From sequence record MK310184: 64,000 nucleotides of DNA, one strand, 5' to 3'. The notes under the pieces were generated by a model. That model was not told where the DNA came from. It made no database searches and worked only from the letters and a program-made list of their open reading frames with translations. Positions 27,371 through 40,564 of this stretch are shown piece after piece. The position numbers were made by a program, and so were the translations under genes. Position 1 is the stretch's first letter; each line of letters starts with the position of its first letter. Source of the DNA: Phage NC-G.

Positions 27371-28367
27371 TTCTACAGTAGTTTATCGTTCTATTGTTAC
27401 TTCAAAATTTAGAACGGAAAAAATGTACAACTTTTACAGAACAATAGGTGACGGTGAAGACCAGAACACTATGTATGTATCTTTCGGAAGGGCCCGACCG
27501 TGGGCCGATAACGAAAATGACCCTGGTTTTGCACCACCCTATCCTGTAGATGATTCTGAAGGCGTAGAAGACGTCTGGACCAACATGATGGGTTGTGTTA
27601 AGGTTTATAAGAGTATGCTGGATTGTGTTGTCCCACGCAAAGACTGGGGTGACACAACTTATCCTAACCCATTTACTTTCCAGATTGGTGAAATTGTAGT
27701 AGCGAATAGCCAGCCACAAAACCGTACTGATGTAGGTGCCGGGTGGATGGTTTATCGTTGTGTAGATATTCCTGAAACGGGTACATGTTCCATTTTGTCC
27801 CTTGATAATAAAACCGAATGTATTAAACTTGGTGGCAAATGGACTTCAAATGTGCAATCAGTTAAAGCCCCGGCAGGACAGGGTGATACGGAAGGTATGG
27901 TGGATACTGGTGACGGATATCTCTGGGAATATTTGTATGAGATTCCACCTGATGTAAGTATTAACCGATGCACCAATGAATATATTGTAGTTCCATGGCC
28001 GGAAGAAATTGCTGAGGACCCAGAACGTTGGGGATACGAGAATAACCTCACTTGGCAACAAGACGATTATGGGTTAATTTACCGTATTAAAGCCAATACT
28101 ATTCGCTTTAAAGCATTCTTGGATTCGGTTTATTTCCCTGAATTTAGTTTGCCCGGCAACAAAGGTTTTAGACAGCTTTCGATAATTTCTAACCCGTTAG
28201 AAGCTAAAGCTCACCCATCAGATCCGATCATTAAAGCCGAAAAAGAGTATTATGATGTTATAGACCTCTCCCGCCACTCCGGTGAAATGATTTATATGGA
28301 AAACCGTCCTCCGGTTATTCGTTCCATGGACCAAACAGAAGAAATTAACATTGTCTTCGAATTCTAA
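27363..28367 (+). CDS. 8: Baseplate wedge protein gp8
   Basis: 334 aa, as T4 gp8. Confidence 0.9.
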   Translation: MINSTVVYRSIVTSKFRTEKMYNFYRTIGDGEDQNTMYVSFGRARPWADNENDPGFAPPYPVDDSEGVEDVWTNMMGCVKVYKSMLDCVVPRKDWGDTTYPNPFTFQIGEIVVANSQPQNRTDVGAGWMVYRCVDIPETGTCSILSLDNKTECIKLGGKWTSNVQSVKAPAGQGDTEGMVDTGDGYLWEYLYEIPPDVSINRCTNEYIVVPWPEEIAEDPERWGYENNLTWQQDDYGLIYRIKANTIRFKAFLDSVYFPEFSLPGNKGFRQLSIISNPLEAKAHPSDPIIKAEKEYYDVIDLSRHSGEMIYMENRPPVIRSMDQTEEINIVFEF

Positions 28368-28428
28368 TAAGGGCCGCAAGGCCCTTTCGGGTTTAATAAA
28401 TACAGTATATCAATAATGAGGCATACCT

Positions 28429-29289
28429 ATGATTAAGCAAACTGGTAAAGAACTAATTGACGTCGGTGAAATTGGTAATGCCAGCACCGGCGACATTCTT
28501 TATGACGGCGGTGTTAAACTGAACACTGACTTAAACAACATCTATAATACTTTCGGCGACCAACGTAAAACCGCTTTAACCGGCGAATTGACCGGCCAGA
28601 AATTACACGCTACAGGCTATTATCAAAAATTTGGTGATATGGACCAAGCAAGCTCGGTTGATTTAGGCTCTTTGGTGGATATCGATGCTTCTAGCGGTTC
28701 TATCGTATTAACCACTGTAAAGGGTGCAGTTGGTGAAGGAATTGAGATTATCAACTCTAACGGAAGTATTTCATCTACCAACTATCTTGAAATCCGTATA
28801 TTAGATACTTTTGCAAGTCATCCTACTTCAACCCTGCGTATTGTAACACCCTATACACGAGTTCTTTTATGGTGTGTATCAGATACAAACGGTGTTGCGG
28901 TATGGGATTATTCAATTGAAAGCATGTTTGGTGATAAACGAGTTCCATTAAATAAGACATATAATATATCTTCTGTCGCTCGTGATATCCCACTGGTTTA
29001 TTCAGGCCAGTATTCATTGGTCAAACTTTTAGTTACGGCAGTGAATGCCAACGAAACCATTTACAAAGCTTCAGAATATCTTGTGTTTATCGACAACCAA
29101 GCTAAAAAGATTTATTCCACAGAATATGCAGTTATTAAACGTGGACAAACTTCAGATGATGACGAAATTTATTCTCTAGATTTTAAATTCGATACATCAA
29201 ACTATATTATCGCGACCGCTTCTTCTGTCAATCCTATGAGGCTTGCAATTAAGGTCGTAGAAACCCAAACTATTGGAGTTCCAGTATAA
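28429..29289 (+). CDS. 9: Baseplate wedge / long tail fibre socket protein gp9
   Basis: 286 aa at the T4 gene 9 position. Confidence 0.9.
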   Translation: MIKQTGKELIDVGEIGNASTGDILYDGGVKLNTDLNNIYNTFGDQRKTALTGELTGQKLHATGYYQKFGDMDQASSVDLGSLVDIDASSGSIVLTTVKGAVGEGIEIINSNGSISSTNYLEIRILDTFASHPTSTLRIVTPYTRVLLWCVSDTNGVAVWDYSIESMFGDKRVPLNKTYNISSVARDIPLVYSGQYSLVKLLVTAVNANETIYKASEYLVFIDNQAKKIYSTEYAVIKRGQTSDDDEIYSLDFKFDTSNYIIATASSVNPMRLAIKVVETQTIGVPV

Positions 29290-31100
29290 TGAAACAAGAC
29301 TTAAAAGTAGGTTCCGCTGTTGATGACGGGTCCGGTGATTACCTGCGCGCAGGTGGTCTTAAAATTAATAATAACTTCAATGAGCTTTATTATCAATTAG
29401 GCGACGGCAATAACCCACATGCCGCGGGCGCTTGGAAACAACATTCTACTGAAGACGGTGCTTTGTTGAATGCCGTAATGGGTCATAGCTATACCCTTAA
29501 TACCCAGGGTGGGCGTATTAACGTCCAGCTTCCTAAAGGCTCTCCTGAAGAATATAACTTTGTTATCCGTGTACGTGACGTGTATTCTTCATGGCAAGCT
29601 AACCCAGTAACATTAATCCCTGCCACAGGCGATACCATTAAAGGTTCAGCTACTCCAGTTGAAATTGCTCGCAACTTCTCTGACCTTGAATTAGTTTATT
29701 GTGCGCCTGGTCGTTGGGAATACGTTGAAAATAAGCAAGTAAACCGTATTCCAAATAACGACCTTGCTACCGTAGCAACTAAGCAGTTTATTGCTACTGA
29801 AGGTCAAACAGATTTTCTAGATGTTTTCCCTGGCCTTTCTTATAACGTAGCAAGTTTAAGCGTTTCACAACGTGGTAACAATTTGTTCTATGGTGTTGAT
29901 GATATTTTTGATGCAGCTACCGCAGAGTTTGGTTCTCCGGGTGCTCAACCAGGTGAATTGGTTGCCTTGAATGGTAAGGACATCCGTTTAAAATATCCAT
30001 GCGAAGCAGGTGATACTGTTATTATCAAATCGTATAATGACGGACTTGCCCAATGGCGCAGTTCTTATAACCGCCGTGATATAACAATCAAAAGTTCAGA
30101 ATTGACTAAAGACGTTTCTGTTCCTGGTTCTTCTTTCGTGGGCGATTTGAGTACTTCACATGTTATATCAGCAGCTGATTTGAATATTTCCGTTAACAGT
30201 CCTATCAACCCAAATGCTTGCCAAGTCATGCTTAATAGCACATTACTTCATCAAGCCGGTACTGCAGGCCTTCCTTCGTTTTATTGTGAAGGTGCCGATG
30301 GACGTACTGCTACCGAGTGTTTTAATGCAGGCGGGCAATGGACCCAATCTAAATCAGACTATATTTTTAATTTGACTCCTGAAGACAAGATTGAATCCAT
30401 TGAATTTGGACGTAACTTTGAACACGGCGATATTCTTACAGTAATTTGGTACAATAACGATATCGGTACCACCATGGAAATTGATGAGATTTTGGATTAT
30501 ACCAACAACATCTATATTTCTAAAGGCCCTTCTATTGATATATCAGGCCAGGTTCGTATCACTGATGTAGATAATCCTTTTGCACCTAACGTTGAACCTG
30601 TCGCCCCATCTAATATTACAATAGATACGGCATCAACATTTTTTGATTTAATTTACCCTATAGGAACCATCTATGAGAACACAGTGAACCCTAACAACCC
30701 TAAAACTTATATGGGCTTTGGTTCATGGAAGCGTTTATCTGATGTGTTCTTGGTAGGTTGGTCTCCTGACGCTAGTTCTTTGTTTAATGCAAACAATAAC
30801 GACCTGGATTCAGCGGGTGTTCCACAATCAACTGCAGGCGGGACTGGTGGTGCTCATGTGGCTAATTTGAAATATGAGAATATCCCGGAACTTAATACAG
30901 ATGATAAAGTCCTTATTGCAGATAATGATGGCCCTATTTTTGTAGGTGGATGTTTAGTTGACCCTGATTCACAAGGACCGGCTTATACAAAATATCGTGA
31001 AGATAAAGCCAGTATTAATAAGGCTCAAGGGACCACTCCTATCCCGGTTAATACTCTACCACCATACTTAACTGTTCATCGCTGGATGAGGATTGCATAA
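29289..31100 (+). CDS. 10: Baseplate wedge protein gp10
   Basis: 603 aa at the T4 gene 10 position. Confidence 0.9.
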   Translation: MKQDLKVGSAVDDGSGDYLRAGGLKINNNFNELYYQLGDGNNPHAAGAWKQHSTEDGALLNAVMGHSYTLNTQGGRINVQLPKGSPEEYNFVIRVRDVYSSWQANPVTLIPATGDTIKGSATPVEIARNFSDLELVYCAPGRWEYVENKQVNRIPNNDLATVATKQFIATEGQTDFLDVFPGLSYNVASLSVSQRGNNLFYGVDDIFDAATAEFGSPGAQPGELVALNGKDIRLKYPCEAGDTVIIKSYNDGLAQWRSSYNRRDITIKSSELTKDVSVPGSSFVGDLSTSHVISAADLNISVNSPINPNACQVMLNSTLLHQAGTAGLPSFYCEGADGRTATECFNAGGQWTQSKSDYIFNLTPEDKIESIEFGRNFEHGDILTVIWYNNDIGTTMEIDEILDYTNNIYISKGPSIDISGQVRITDVDNPFAPNVEPVAPSNITIDTASTFFDLIYPIGTIYENTVNPNNPKTYMGFGSWKRLSDVFLVGWSPDASSLFNANNNDLDSAGVPQSTAGGTGGAHVANLKYENIPELNTDDKVLIADNDGPIFVGGCLVDPDSQGPAYTKYREDKASINKAQGTTPIPVNTLPPYLTVHRWMRIA

Positions 31101-31765
31101 TGACTTTAACTGAAATGAAAAGCGGGTTAAAATCCCGCTTAGCTGACTATTTGGAATTATCTTACACCAGTGACAAGCCTACTGCTGTCGCTGACCAACG
31201 ACCTATCGGTGGCCCTTCTGCAAACCAAACCCAGAAGGGTGTTTATTTTCCTACAGTCCAAAGTGCAATAGATGATATTGCATTTAGAACAGAGCTTCCT
31301 GTGAACTCTGTTATTATTACCACAGAAAACAGAGCACCCGGATTTATCCAACAATCTGATAAAATTACATTTACCGGTTCTATTTCTTCAGGCGGCGAAC
31401 TTGGTGACCCGGTTATTATTAAAGTGTTTGGACTTCCTGTAGAGGTCTTAGTTGGTGATTCATCTGTATTGGTAGCATCTAAAGTAAATGAGGTATTTTT
31501 AGACGCCATTGCTAATAGCTATATTTTAGCCGAAACAGCTATTGACGCCTTAGACCAATCTACCTTGAATATTAAATACAATGACTATCAGAATCATATT
31601 TTTTCACCATATAAACAATCGGGTTGTACAATTTCCCATACTATAGTCCAACAGCCAAGGGCCGGATATGGTAAGTGGGAATACTTAGGTAACTCTACCC
31701 AATCGTTAGCAGGTGGTACAGTTAACGGCACGATTCCTTTATATTACTATAAGAGATTATATTAA
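31100..31765 (+). CDS. 11: Baseplate wedge protein gp11
   Basis: 221 aa at the T4 gene 11 position. Confidence 0.9.
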   Translation: MTLTEMKSGLKSRLADYLELSYTSDKPTAVADQRPIGGPSANQTQKGVYFPTVQSAIDDIAFRTELPVNSVIITTENRAPGFIQQSDKITFTGSISSGGELGDPVIIKVFGLPVEVLVGDSSVLVASKVNEVFLDAIANSYILAETAIDALDQSTLNIKYNDYQNHIFSPYKQSGCTISHTIVQQPRAGYGKWEYLGNSTQSLAGGTVNGTIPLYYYKRLY

Positions 31766-33291
31766 TGTCAACAAACACACTAAAACACATTAGTGATAAA
31801 TCGGAATTCAAATCATTCGACCCTACTGGGTCGAATTTCCCGCCTGATATTACTAATGTTCAAGAAGCATTGGCGGCTATTTCATTAATCGGTGTCACAG
31901 GTAATGTTCCTTCAGCCACAGAAACATCCCAAGGTATTATTCGTCTTGCCACAACACAAGAAGTAATGGATGGGTTGGATGCTTATAGTGCAGTGACTCC
32001 GGCAACTTTAAAAGCACGTTTAGATATTCCTACTCAGGCAACAGAAACTTATGTAGGTATTACCCGTTATGCTACTAACGCTGAAGCTATAGCAGGCACA
32101 GAGCCCCAGGCTGCAATCGTAGCAACCTCTTTGAAAGCGGTAATGGATTATACATTTGAGAACCGTTTATCAACAGAGAACGCCACAGGCGTTATCAAGA
32201 TTTCAACTACACCTGCTGCATTAGCTGGTACCGATGATACCACAGCAATGACCCCACTTAAAGTATCTCAAGCAATTGGTGCGGCCACAGCAGCGTTACC
32301 GGTTTATTCTACGGCAACGACAACAAATGAAGGTTTAGTTCGTTTAGCGACTAATGCTGAAGTTGGTAATGGAAATCTTTCTGTAGGTATCGCTATTTCT
32401 CCTGCAGGGCTGGCAACTTTAACTTCCACCGAATCAAGAAGTGGTATTATTAAACTCGCAGGTTGGGATATGGTATCTAATGGTACTGACCACACTGCCG
32501 CTGTTACTCCGGCCTCTTTGCTAGCTCGTACAGGTAATACAGGACGAATTGGCTTAGTGCGTTTAACTACTACAGTAGGTCAAGGCGATGGTAATACGGC
32601 GCTGGCTTATAATGCTAACGTTATTTCTACTTCAGGCGGTGAAATATGGGGTACTTTAAACGTTAATGGTGCATTACGTCGTAATGGTGTTGATGTTGTT
32701 ACCCACGACCAATTATCAGATAGCGTTCCGGTAGGTACTATTTGTATGTGGGGCGGCCATGAAGGTAATATCCCTGGCAAATGGCGGGCTTGTGTAGGCG
32801 GAACTTATACTGGTGGTGCATATTTAAATGCTGTTGGTGGACGTTGGGGATGGTGGGGTGCTATTCCAGATTTCCGTGGATTATATCCTCGCGGTGCTAA
32901 CATGGTTGGTGGATATTCTGAAGGTGAAGTTAACCCACATATTGCCGGTAACCGAGGAGAAGACGGTAAAGGTAAAGCCCGTTTAGGTAACGGTGTAGGT
33001 TCGTTCCCACAATCTTCTGTTCAAGCCCAAGCATTACGTTATCATAAACATGCCGGTGGTTTTGGTGAACATGATAACTATGGCGCTTTTGGTAACACCG
33101 CTAACTCTGGATATGTCGGTACTCGTAAAGGACTTGACTGGGATAACCGTAGTTATTATACTAACGAAGGTTTTGAGACCACTGAACCTTGGAACCGTGA
33201 CGGCCATACCACACTGAATAGTGAAGGACTTATTGCAAATGAAACACGTCCTTGGACAATGTCCGTTCTTTTTATTATTAAAGTAGAATAA
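31765..33291 (+). CDS. 12: Short tail fibre protein gp12
   Basis: 508 aa at the T4 gene 12 position; Ala/Thr-rich repetitive N-terminal region. Confidence 0.9.
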   Translation: MSTNTLKHISDKSEFKSFDPTGSNFPPDITNVQEALAAISLIGVTGNVPSATETSQGIIRLATTQEVMDGLDAYSAVTPATLKARLDIPTQATETYVGITRYATNAEAIAGTEPQAAIVATSLKAVMDYTFENRLSTENATGVIKISTTPAALAGTDDTTAMTPLKVSQAIGAATAALPVYSTATTTNEGLVRLATNAEVGNGNLSVGIAISPAGLATLTSTESRSGIIKLAGWDMVSNGTDHTAAVTPASLLARTGNTGRIGLVRLTTTVGQGDGNTALAYNANVISTSGGEIWGTLNVNGALRRNGVDVVTHDQLSDSVPVGTICMWGGHEGNIPGKWRACVGGTYTGGAYLNAVGGRWGWWGAIPDFRGLYPRGANMVGGYSEGEVNPHIAGNRGEDGKGKARLGNGVGSFPQSSVQAQALRYHKHAGGFGEHDNYGAFGNTANSGYVGTRKGLDWDNRSYYTNEGFETTEPWNRDGHTTLNSEGLIANETRPWTMSVLFIIKVE

Positions 33292-33300
33292 GGGTAAAAA

Positions 33301-35556
33301 ATGATTAACAAATTGGAACTTAGTGAGTTACCATTTGTTGACGGCGTACCTGATGCTCCTCAAAAGCGTATCCAATGGATACGCGAGGGTGATTGTATGT
33401 CTGCAGCAAAAACAAAATACGGCAATGAAGGTAATTTGAACGCTGCTGCTTTAGGAGTTCAGAAAAACGTAGAAGCTCTTGATGCCAACGATTTAAAAAC
33501 TGCTGATAAAGTTAATGAGCTTATAGAAAACGTTAATAATATCAATGACGCTTTAGAAATGTCAACAGATATTTCTATCATTCAACAAATAGAGAAAAAC
33601 CGTGTTGATATTGTAGACCTTAAAAAAGTCACCGAAGATACAACAGAAAAATTGGACACCTTAACAACCAATTTTGATTTCTTGCGTGAAGATGTTGGAT
33701 ATCATGACCCTTTACAAGACGGCCCATATTTAACTGTACGTGAAAATATTGTTCTTCTTAAAAATGAAATTGGTCACTATGAGAACCAGGATATAAACGG
33801 TAATCCTTTACCTCCGGGTGAAACTAGTGAAGCCACTGGTATAAAACGCCGCATCATGGATAATACCACTGAATTGGTGGACCATCGTCTTCGTATTGAT
33901 ACCCTTGAAAGAAACTATGAAGATTCTGATGTTGGGCAATTAGGTATTAAACTAAATGAAATTCGTGCCGAATTAGGACCACATTCTGATACGGTAGGTA
34001 AACAACCTGCATATACCCGAATTTCAGTATTAGAAACGGCTGCAGTTAATTTTAATACGGCTATTGACGAAATTAAGGATAATATTGATTTCTCTGGTAT
34101 GCCTATAAAGGACCGAGTAACTACTTTAGAAAGCAAAACCCTTACCTTAGAAAATTCAGTTAACGTTGATTTAAAACCTAGAGTAACTTCTATAGAAACT
34201 CAAATCGGTTCTGAGTCTGCACCAGCATCTATTAATGGTCGTTTAAGCGGGCTTCGTACTGATGTAAATGATTTAAAAACCGTTGTTGGTAATAGTTCTA
34301 GTGAAGGGCTTCGTTTCCAGGTTTCCGATATTAATCGACGCCTTGGTAGTGAAGTGTCTCCTGCTGCCGGCACGATTAATAAGCGTTTGAATGATGTTAT
34401 TATTCAAGCAAACCAATCCACCTCGTCCATCCAGGATATTCAGGTAGAAATTGGTAACAACCAATCCGGTATAAAAGGTACTTTGCTTAAGCTCACAAAT
34501 AAGGTTGACGGGACGAACCCTAACGGAGCTACTGTAGAAGAACGTGGTCTTATTAATGCGGTTACTTCTTTAGAAACCCAGATGCAAGGTAAATTAGGTG
34601 ACGCACCTTCTGATGGTAAACTCTATGCACGTCGAAATGCGGCATGGGCTGAAGTTGTTAATAATTCCACAGAAATAGAAACTGTTAAAGCCGATTTGGT
34701 TGTTACCAATGGTAAAGTGACCGCTTTAACTTCCAGAGTAGATGATAATGATACTTCTATTTCATCTCTTAATACTCACACCACTGCTCTAAATACTTCG
34801 GTTGGTGAGATTAAAGCCGATATAGTTACTATAAAGGCTAAAGATGTTGAACAGGACGGTCGTTTAACTTCTTTGGAAGAGGCTGATGTTGCTATTAACG
34901 GTAAAATTGCTGCTCTCGAAACTAAGACAGATACCACTGATGATGATGTCACAGCACTGGCTTTAGACGTTTCTTCTTTAGAGAACCAATTGACTCCTAT
35001 AAAAGCCGATATTACCAAAAACAAAGGTGATATTGTTGCCTTAACTGGTCGGGTGGCTTCTACTGAAGGTGAAATTACCGCAATTAAAGTTGATACAGCC
35101 AAAATTGCTCCTTTAACAACTAGAGTTACTACAGCAGAAGGTAAAATCACTACTTTAGAAACAGGGCTTGCCGCTGTTAAAGTCGAATCTGATAAGGTAG
35201 CAGGTATTAATACCCGCCTTGGCACTGCAGAAGATGACATCGGAACACTTGAAACGGGTTTAGCTGCTGTTAAAGTCGAATCCGATAAGGTAGCAGGTAT
35301 TAATACCCGTTTAGGTACGGTCGAAGGTAAAGTTGGTACTCTTGAAACAGGTTTGGCTGCTGTTAAAGTTGAATCTGATAAAGTTGCTGACTTAGGAACC
35401 CGTTTAACCGCCGCCGAAGGTAAAATTACAGCCTTAGAAACAGAATTATCTAAACGTCCACCGGTGGCTCCTGCCGCAGACGGACTTCCGTATGTTCTGG
35501 TTGATAATGCATGGGTATTATTATCTGATTTTGTGACTTTAAACTCAGCACCATAA
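33301..35556 (+). CDS. wac: Fibritin (whisker/collar protein), expanded to 751 aa
   Basis: Long coiled-coil protein with foldon-like C-terminus DGLPYVLVDNAWVLLSDF; T4 fibritin is under 500 aa. Confidence 0.85.
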   Translation: MINKLELSELPFVDGVPDAPQKRIQWIREGDCMSAAKTKYGNEGNLNAAALGVQKNVEALDANDLKTADKVNELIENVNNINDALEMSTDISIIQQIEKNRVDIVDLKKVTEDTTEKLDTLTTNFDFLREDVGYHDPLQDGPYLTVRENIVLLKNEIGHYENQDINGNPLPPGETSEATGIKRRIMDNTTELVDHRLRIDTLERNYEDSDVGQLGIKLNEIRAELGPHSDTVGKQPAYTRISVLETAAVNFNTAIDEIKDNIDFSGMPIKDRVTTLESKTLTLENSVNVDLKPRVTSIETQIGSESAPASINGRLSGLRTDVNDLKTVVGNSSSEGLRFQVSDINRRLGSEVSPAAGTINKRLNDVIIQANQSTSSIQDIQVEIGNNQSGIKGTLLKLTNKVDGTNPNGATVEERGLINAVTSLETQMQGKLGDAPSDGKLYARRNAAWAEVVNNSTEIETVKADLVVTNGKVTALTSRVDDNDTSISSLNTHTTALNTSVGEIKADIVTIKAKDVEQDGRLTSLEEADVAINGKIAALETKTDTTDDDVTALALDVSSLENQLTPIKADITKNKGDIVALTGRVASTEGEITAIKVDTAKIAPLTTRVTTAEGKITTLETGLAAVKVESDKVAGINTRLGTAEDDIGTLETGLAAVKVESDKVAGINTRLGTVEGKVGTLETGLAAVKVESDKVADLGTRLTAAEGKITALETELSKRPPVAPAADGLPYVLVDNAWVLLSDFVTLNSAP
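35152..35430 (+). repeat. Three tandem 93-bp in-frame repeats inside wac
   Basis: Protein repeat TLETGLAAVKVESDKVAGINTRLGT... occurs three times in a row with near-identical DNA. Confidence 0.8.
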
Positions 35557-35581
35557 TAAAAGGGCTTCGGCCCTTTTTTGC

Positions 35582-35589
35582 TATAAATA
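35582..35589 (+). promoter_or_regulatory. T4 late-promoter motif TATAAATA upstream of gene 13
   Basis: Exact TATAAATA after the wac terminator hairpin GGGCttcgGCCC. Confidence 0.55.
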
Positions 35590-35610
35590 CGGTTATTAGA
35601 GGAATAAAAC

Positions 35611-36546
35611 ATGGCAAGTGAATCATATAACCCTAAGCAACTCAAGGACGCTATTCTGCGCCGCCTGGGTGCACCGATTACAAATATTGAAGTAACTACT
35701 GACCAAGTGTATGATTGTATCCAGAGGGCCTTAGAGCTCTACGGTGAATACCATTATAACGGGTATAACAAAGGTTATCAGGCTTTTTATATTGGCCATG
35801 ACGATGAAGAAAAATTCCGTAATGGTGTATTCGACCTTAAAGGACGTAATATATTTGCAGTAACACAAATTTTGAGAACTAACGTTGGTTCTTTAACATC
35901 TATGGACGGGCAAGCAACTTATCCGTGGTTTACAGATTTTGTACTAGGTTTGGCAGGTATTAATGGCGGTCTTGGGTCTTCATGTAACAGTTTTGGACCT
36001 AATGCCTTCGGCGCCGACCTTGGTTATTTTACACAATTAATGCAATATCGTTCTATGATGCAGGACCTTTTGGTTCCGCTGCCTGATTATTGGTATAATG
36101 ATGCCACTGAACAATTAAAGGTAATGGGCAACTTTGTTAAAGGCGACTTTATTGTAATTGAAGTTTATACCCGTTCATTTAATGGCGTTGATTCCATGGT
36201 TGGGAATACAGCAGGATATGGATACGCTTCTGGCGGCTGTGACGAAAATGAATGGAGCCCTGGGGCTATTTGGGACAATCCTGCACGTCGAATTTCCGGA
36301 ATGAGAGCTGGCGAAGACCTTGGACTACAAGATGGTGCTTATAATAACCGTTGGGTCAAAGATTACGCTACGGCATTAGTTAAAGAGGTCAATGGTAATA
36401 TTTTAGCCAAACACCAAGGTATGCAATTAGCAGGCGGGACCACTGTAGACGGCATTCGATTGATTGAAGAAGCTCGTTTAGAAAAAGAACGTCTTCGCGA
36501 AGAATTAGATTTGCTCGACCCACCAACACCTATTTTAATTGGATAA
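35611..36546 (+). CDS. 13: Neck protein gp13
   Basis: 311 aa at the T4 gene 13 position. Confidence 0.9.
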   Translation: MASESYNPKQLKDAILRRLGAPITNIEVTTDQVYDCIQRALELYGEYHYNGYNKGYQAFYIGHDDEEKFRNGVFDLKGRNIFAVTQILRTNVGSLTSMDGQATYPWFTDFVLGLAGINGGLGSSCNSFGPNAFGADLGYFTQLMQYRSMMQDLLVPLPDYWYNDATEQLKVMGNFVKGDFIVIEVYTRSFNGVDSMVGNTAGYGYASGGCDENEWSPGAIWDNPARRISGMRAGEDLGLQDGAYNNRWVKDYATALVKEVNGNILAKHQGMQLAGGTTVDGIRLIEEARLEKERLREELDLLDPPTPILIG

Positions 36547-36548
36547 TT

Positions 36549-37319
36549 ATGGCCACTTTCGATTCGAGTTTATTCGCTAAGCTGGAAAATAACACCGGCT
36601 ATGCTAACACGAACGAAACTGAAATAATGAACCCTTTCGTCAACTTTTATCGCCATGAGAACACTCAAACATTGGCTGATGCTTTAGTTGCTGAGTCTAT
36701 TCAAATGCGTGGTATCGAGCTTTATTATATACCACGCGAATACGTTAATCCTGACCAGCTATTTGGCGAAGACCTTCAGAACAAATTTACTAAAGCCTGG
36801 AAGTTTGCGGGTTATTTGGATTCCTTTGAAGGTTATTCCGGTGACAATACTTATTTCAGTAAGTTCGGTATGATGGTTAATGATGAAGTAACAATCACAA
36901 TTAACCCTAACCTTTTTAAACATCAATGCAACGGTACTGAACCTGTTTCAGGTGACTTGATTTATTTCCCAATGGACAATAGTCTATTCGAAATTAACTG
37001 GGTTCAACCTTACGACCCTTTCTATCAAGTCGGTACAAACGTCCAGCGTCGCATTACTGCTACCAAGTTCATTTATAATGGTGAGGAACTTCGTCCTGAA
37101 TTACAGAGAAATGAAGGCATTAATATTCCTGAATTCAGTGAGCTTGATTTAATGCCTGTTAAGAATATTGATGGGTTGGCTGATATCTCTGACATTCAAT
37201 ACGAAGAGGTTAATGAGATTAATGCTGAAGCGGCGGAATTCGTACATCCTTATGTGGTGATTAATGGTAGAGGAGAAGATGCTCCTACAGCATTTGATGA
37301 TGCTTTTTTAGATGATTAA
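36549..37319 (+). CDS. 14: Neck protein gp14
   Basis: 256 aa, as T4 gp14. Confidence 0.9.
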   Translation: MATFDSSLFAKLENNTGYANTNETEIMNPFVNFYRHENTQTLADALVAESIQMRGIELYYIPREYVNPDQLFGEDLQNKFTKAWKFAGYLDSFEGYSGDNTYFSKFGMMVNDEVTITINPNLFKHQCNGTEPVSGDLIYFPMDNSLFEINWVQPYDPFYQVGTNVQRRITATKFIYNGEELRPELQRNEGINIPEFSELDLMPVKNIDGLADISDIQYEEVNEINAEAAEFVHPYVVINGRGEDAPTAFDDAFLDD

Positions 37320-37355
37320 ATAATACATGGCGCATCCCGCGCCATTTTAGGAGGT

Positions 37356-38221
37356 TTGATGTTTGGACATTGGTATAATAGTTCGCTACGTCGCTATATT
37401 GTTTTGATGGGTGATTTATTTTCCCATGTTCAAGTAGCACGTCAAAGAGAAGATACAGGGCTTAAATTTATTAAGGTTCCTATTACGTATGCTTCTAAAG
37501 AAAGATTTATGGCTAACTTAGGTAAATGGACGGCAGTACAGAATATCCCAAATCCTAATATGACGCCAAAAGAACGGGCTGAACAAAAAGCTAAAGTGGA
37601 AACTGTTCTTCCACGTATGAACCTTCAAATGGTTGACATGCTTTATAACTCACAATACAAAACAGCTCTTCAAAACAGAACACAAATTCAATTTGAGAAT
37701 GGGGACCCTCGGAAACGAGTCAGCCAATATTCTCCTACTCCAGTAAAAATGATTTTTGAACTGGGTATTTACACCAGAACTCAAGATGATATGTTCCAGA
37801 TTGTGGAACAAATTATGCCGTATTTCCAACCTCACTTTAATACAACAATTACCGAACTCTATACAAACGAAATTAAATTTGACCGTGATATTCGTATTGT
37901 GTTCCAATCTATAGCAATGGACGAACAATTAGAGGGTGATACCACTTCACGTCGTCGCTTGGAATGGTCTATGATGTTTGAGGTTAACGGATGGCTATAT
38001 CCTCCTGTTAAAGAAATGGAAGGCGAAATCAAAACCATTTATCTTGATTTCTTTGCCAACTCTAAAGAACTCGCTCCTGAAGGTAATTTTGAATCGGTTG
38101 ATAGCGAAGTAGTTCCTAGAGGTGTAGAAGAAAAAGAATGGGATGGTAAGTCCATTCAAACGTATTCACAAGATATTCCGGTGCCTGTTGAACCAGAACC
38201 TCCAGCACCAAGGAGAAACCC

Positions 38222-38225
<4 letters not shown>
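37356..38225 (+). CDS. 15: Tail sheath stabiliser / tail terminator gp15
   Basis: 289 aa at the T4 gene 15 position. Confidence 0.9.
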
Positions 38226-40535
<2,310 letters not shown>

Positions 40536-40564
40536 ACAATAAAGCATAACCAAGAGGATTCAAA

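Noticed and set aside
35152-35430. Possible CRISPR-like repeat array
   Set aside because: The repeats are contiguous 93-bp units with no spacers and are in frame within wac; they are coding coiled-coil repeats.
34776-35645. 289-aa minus-strand ORF
   Set aside because: Antisense to the repeat region of wac; the tandem repeats keep the opposite frame open; no start context.
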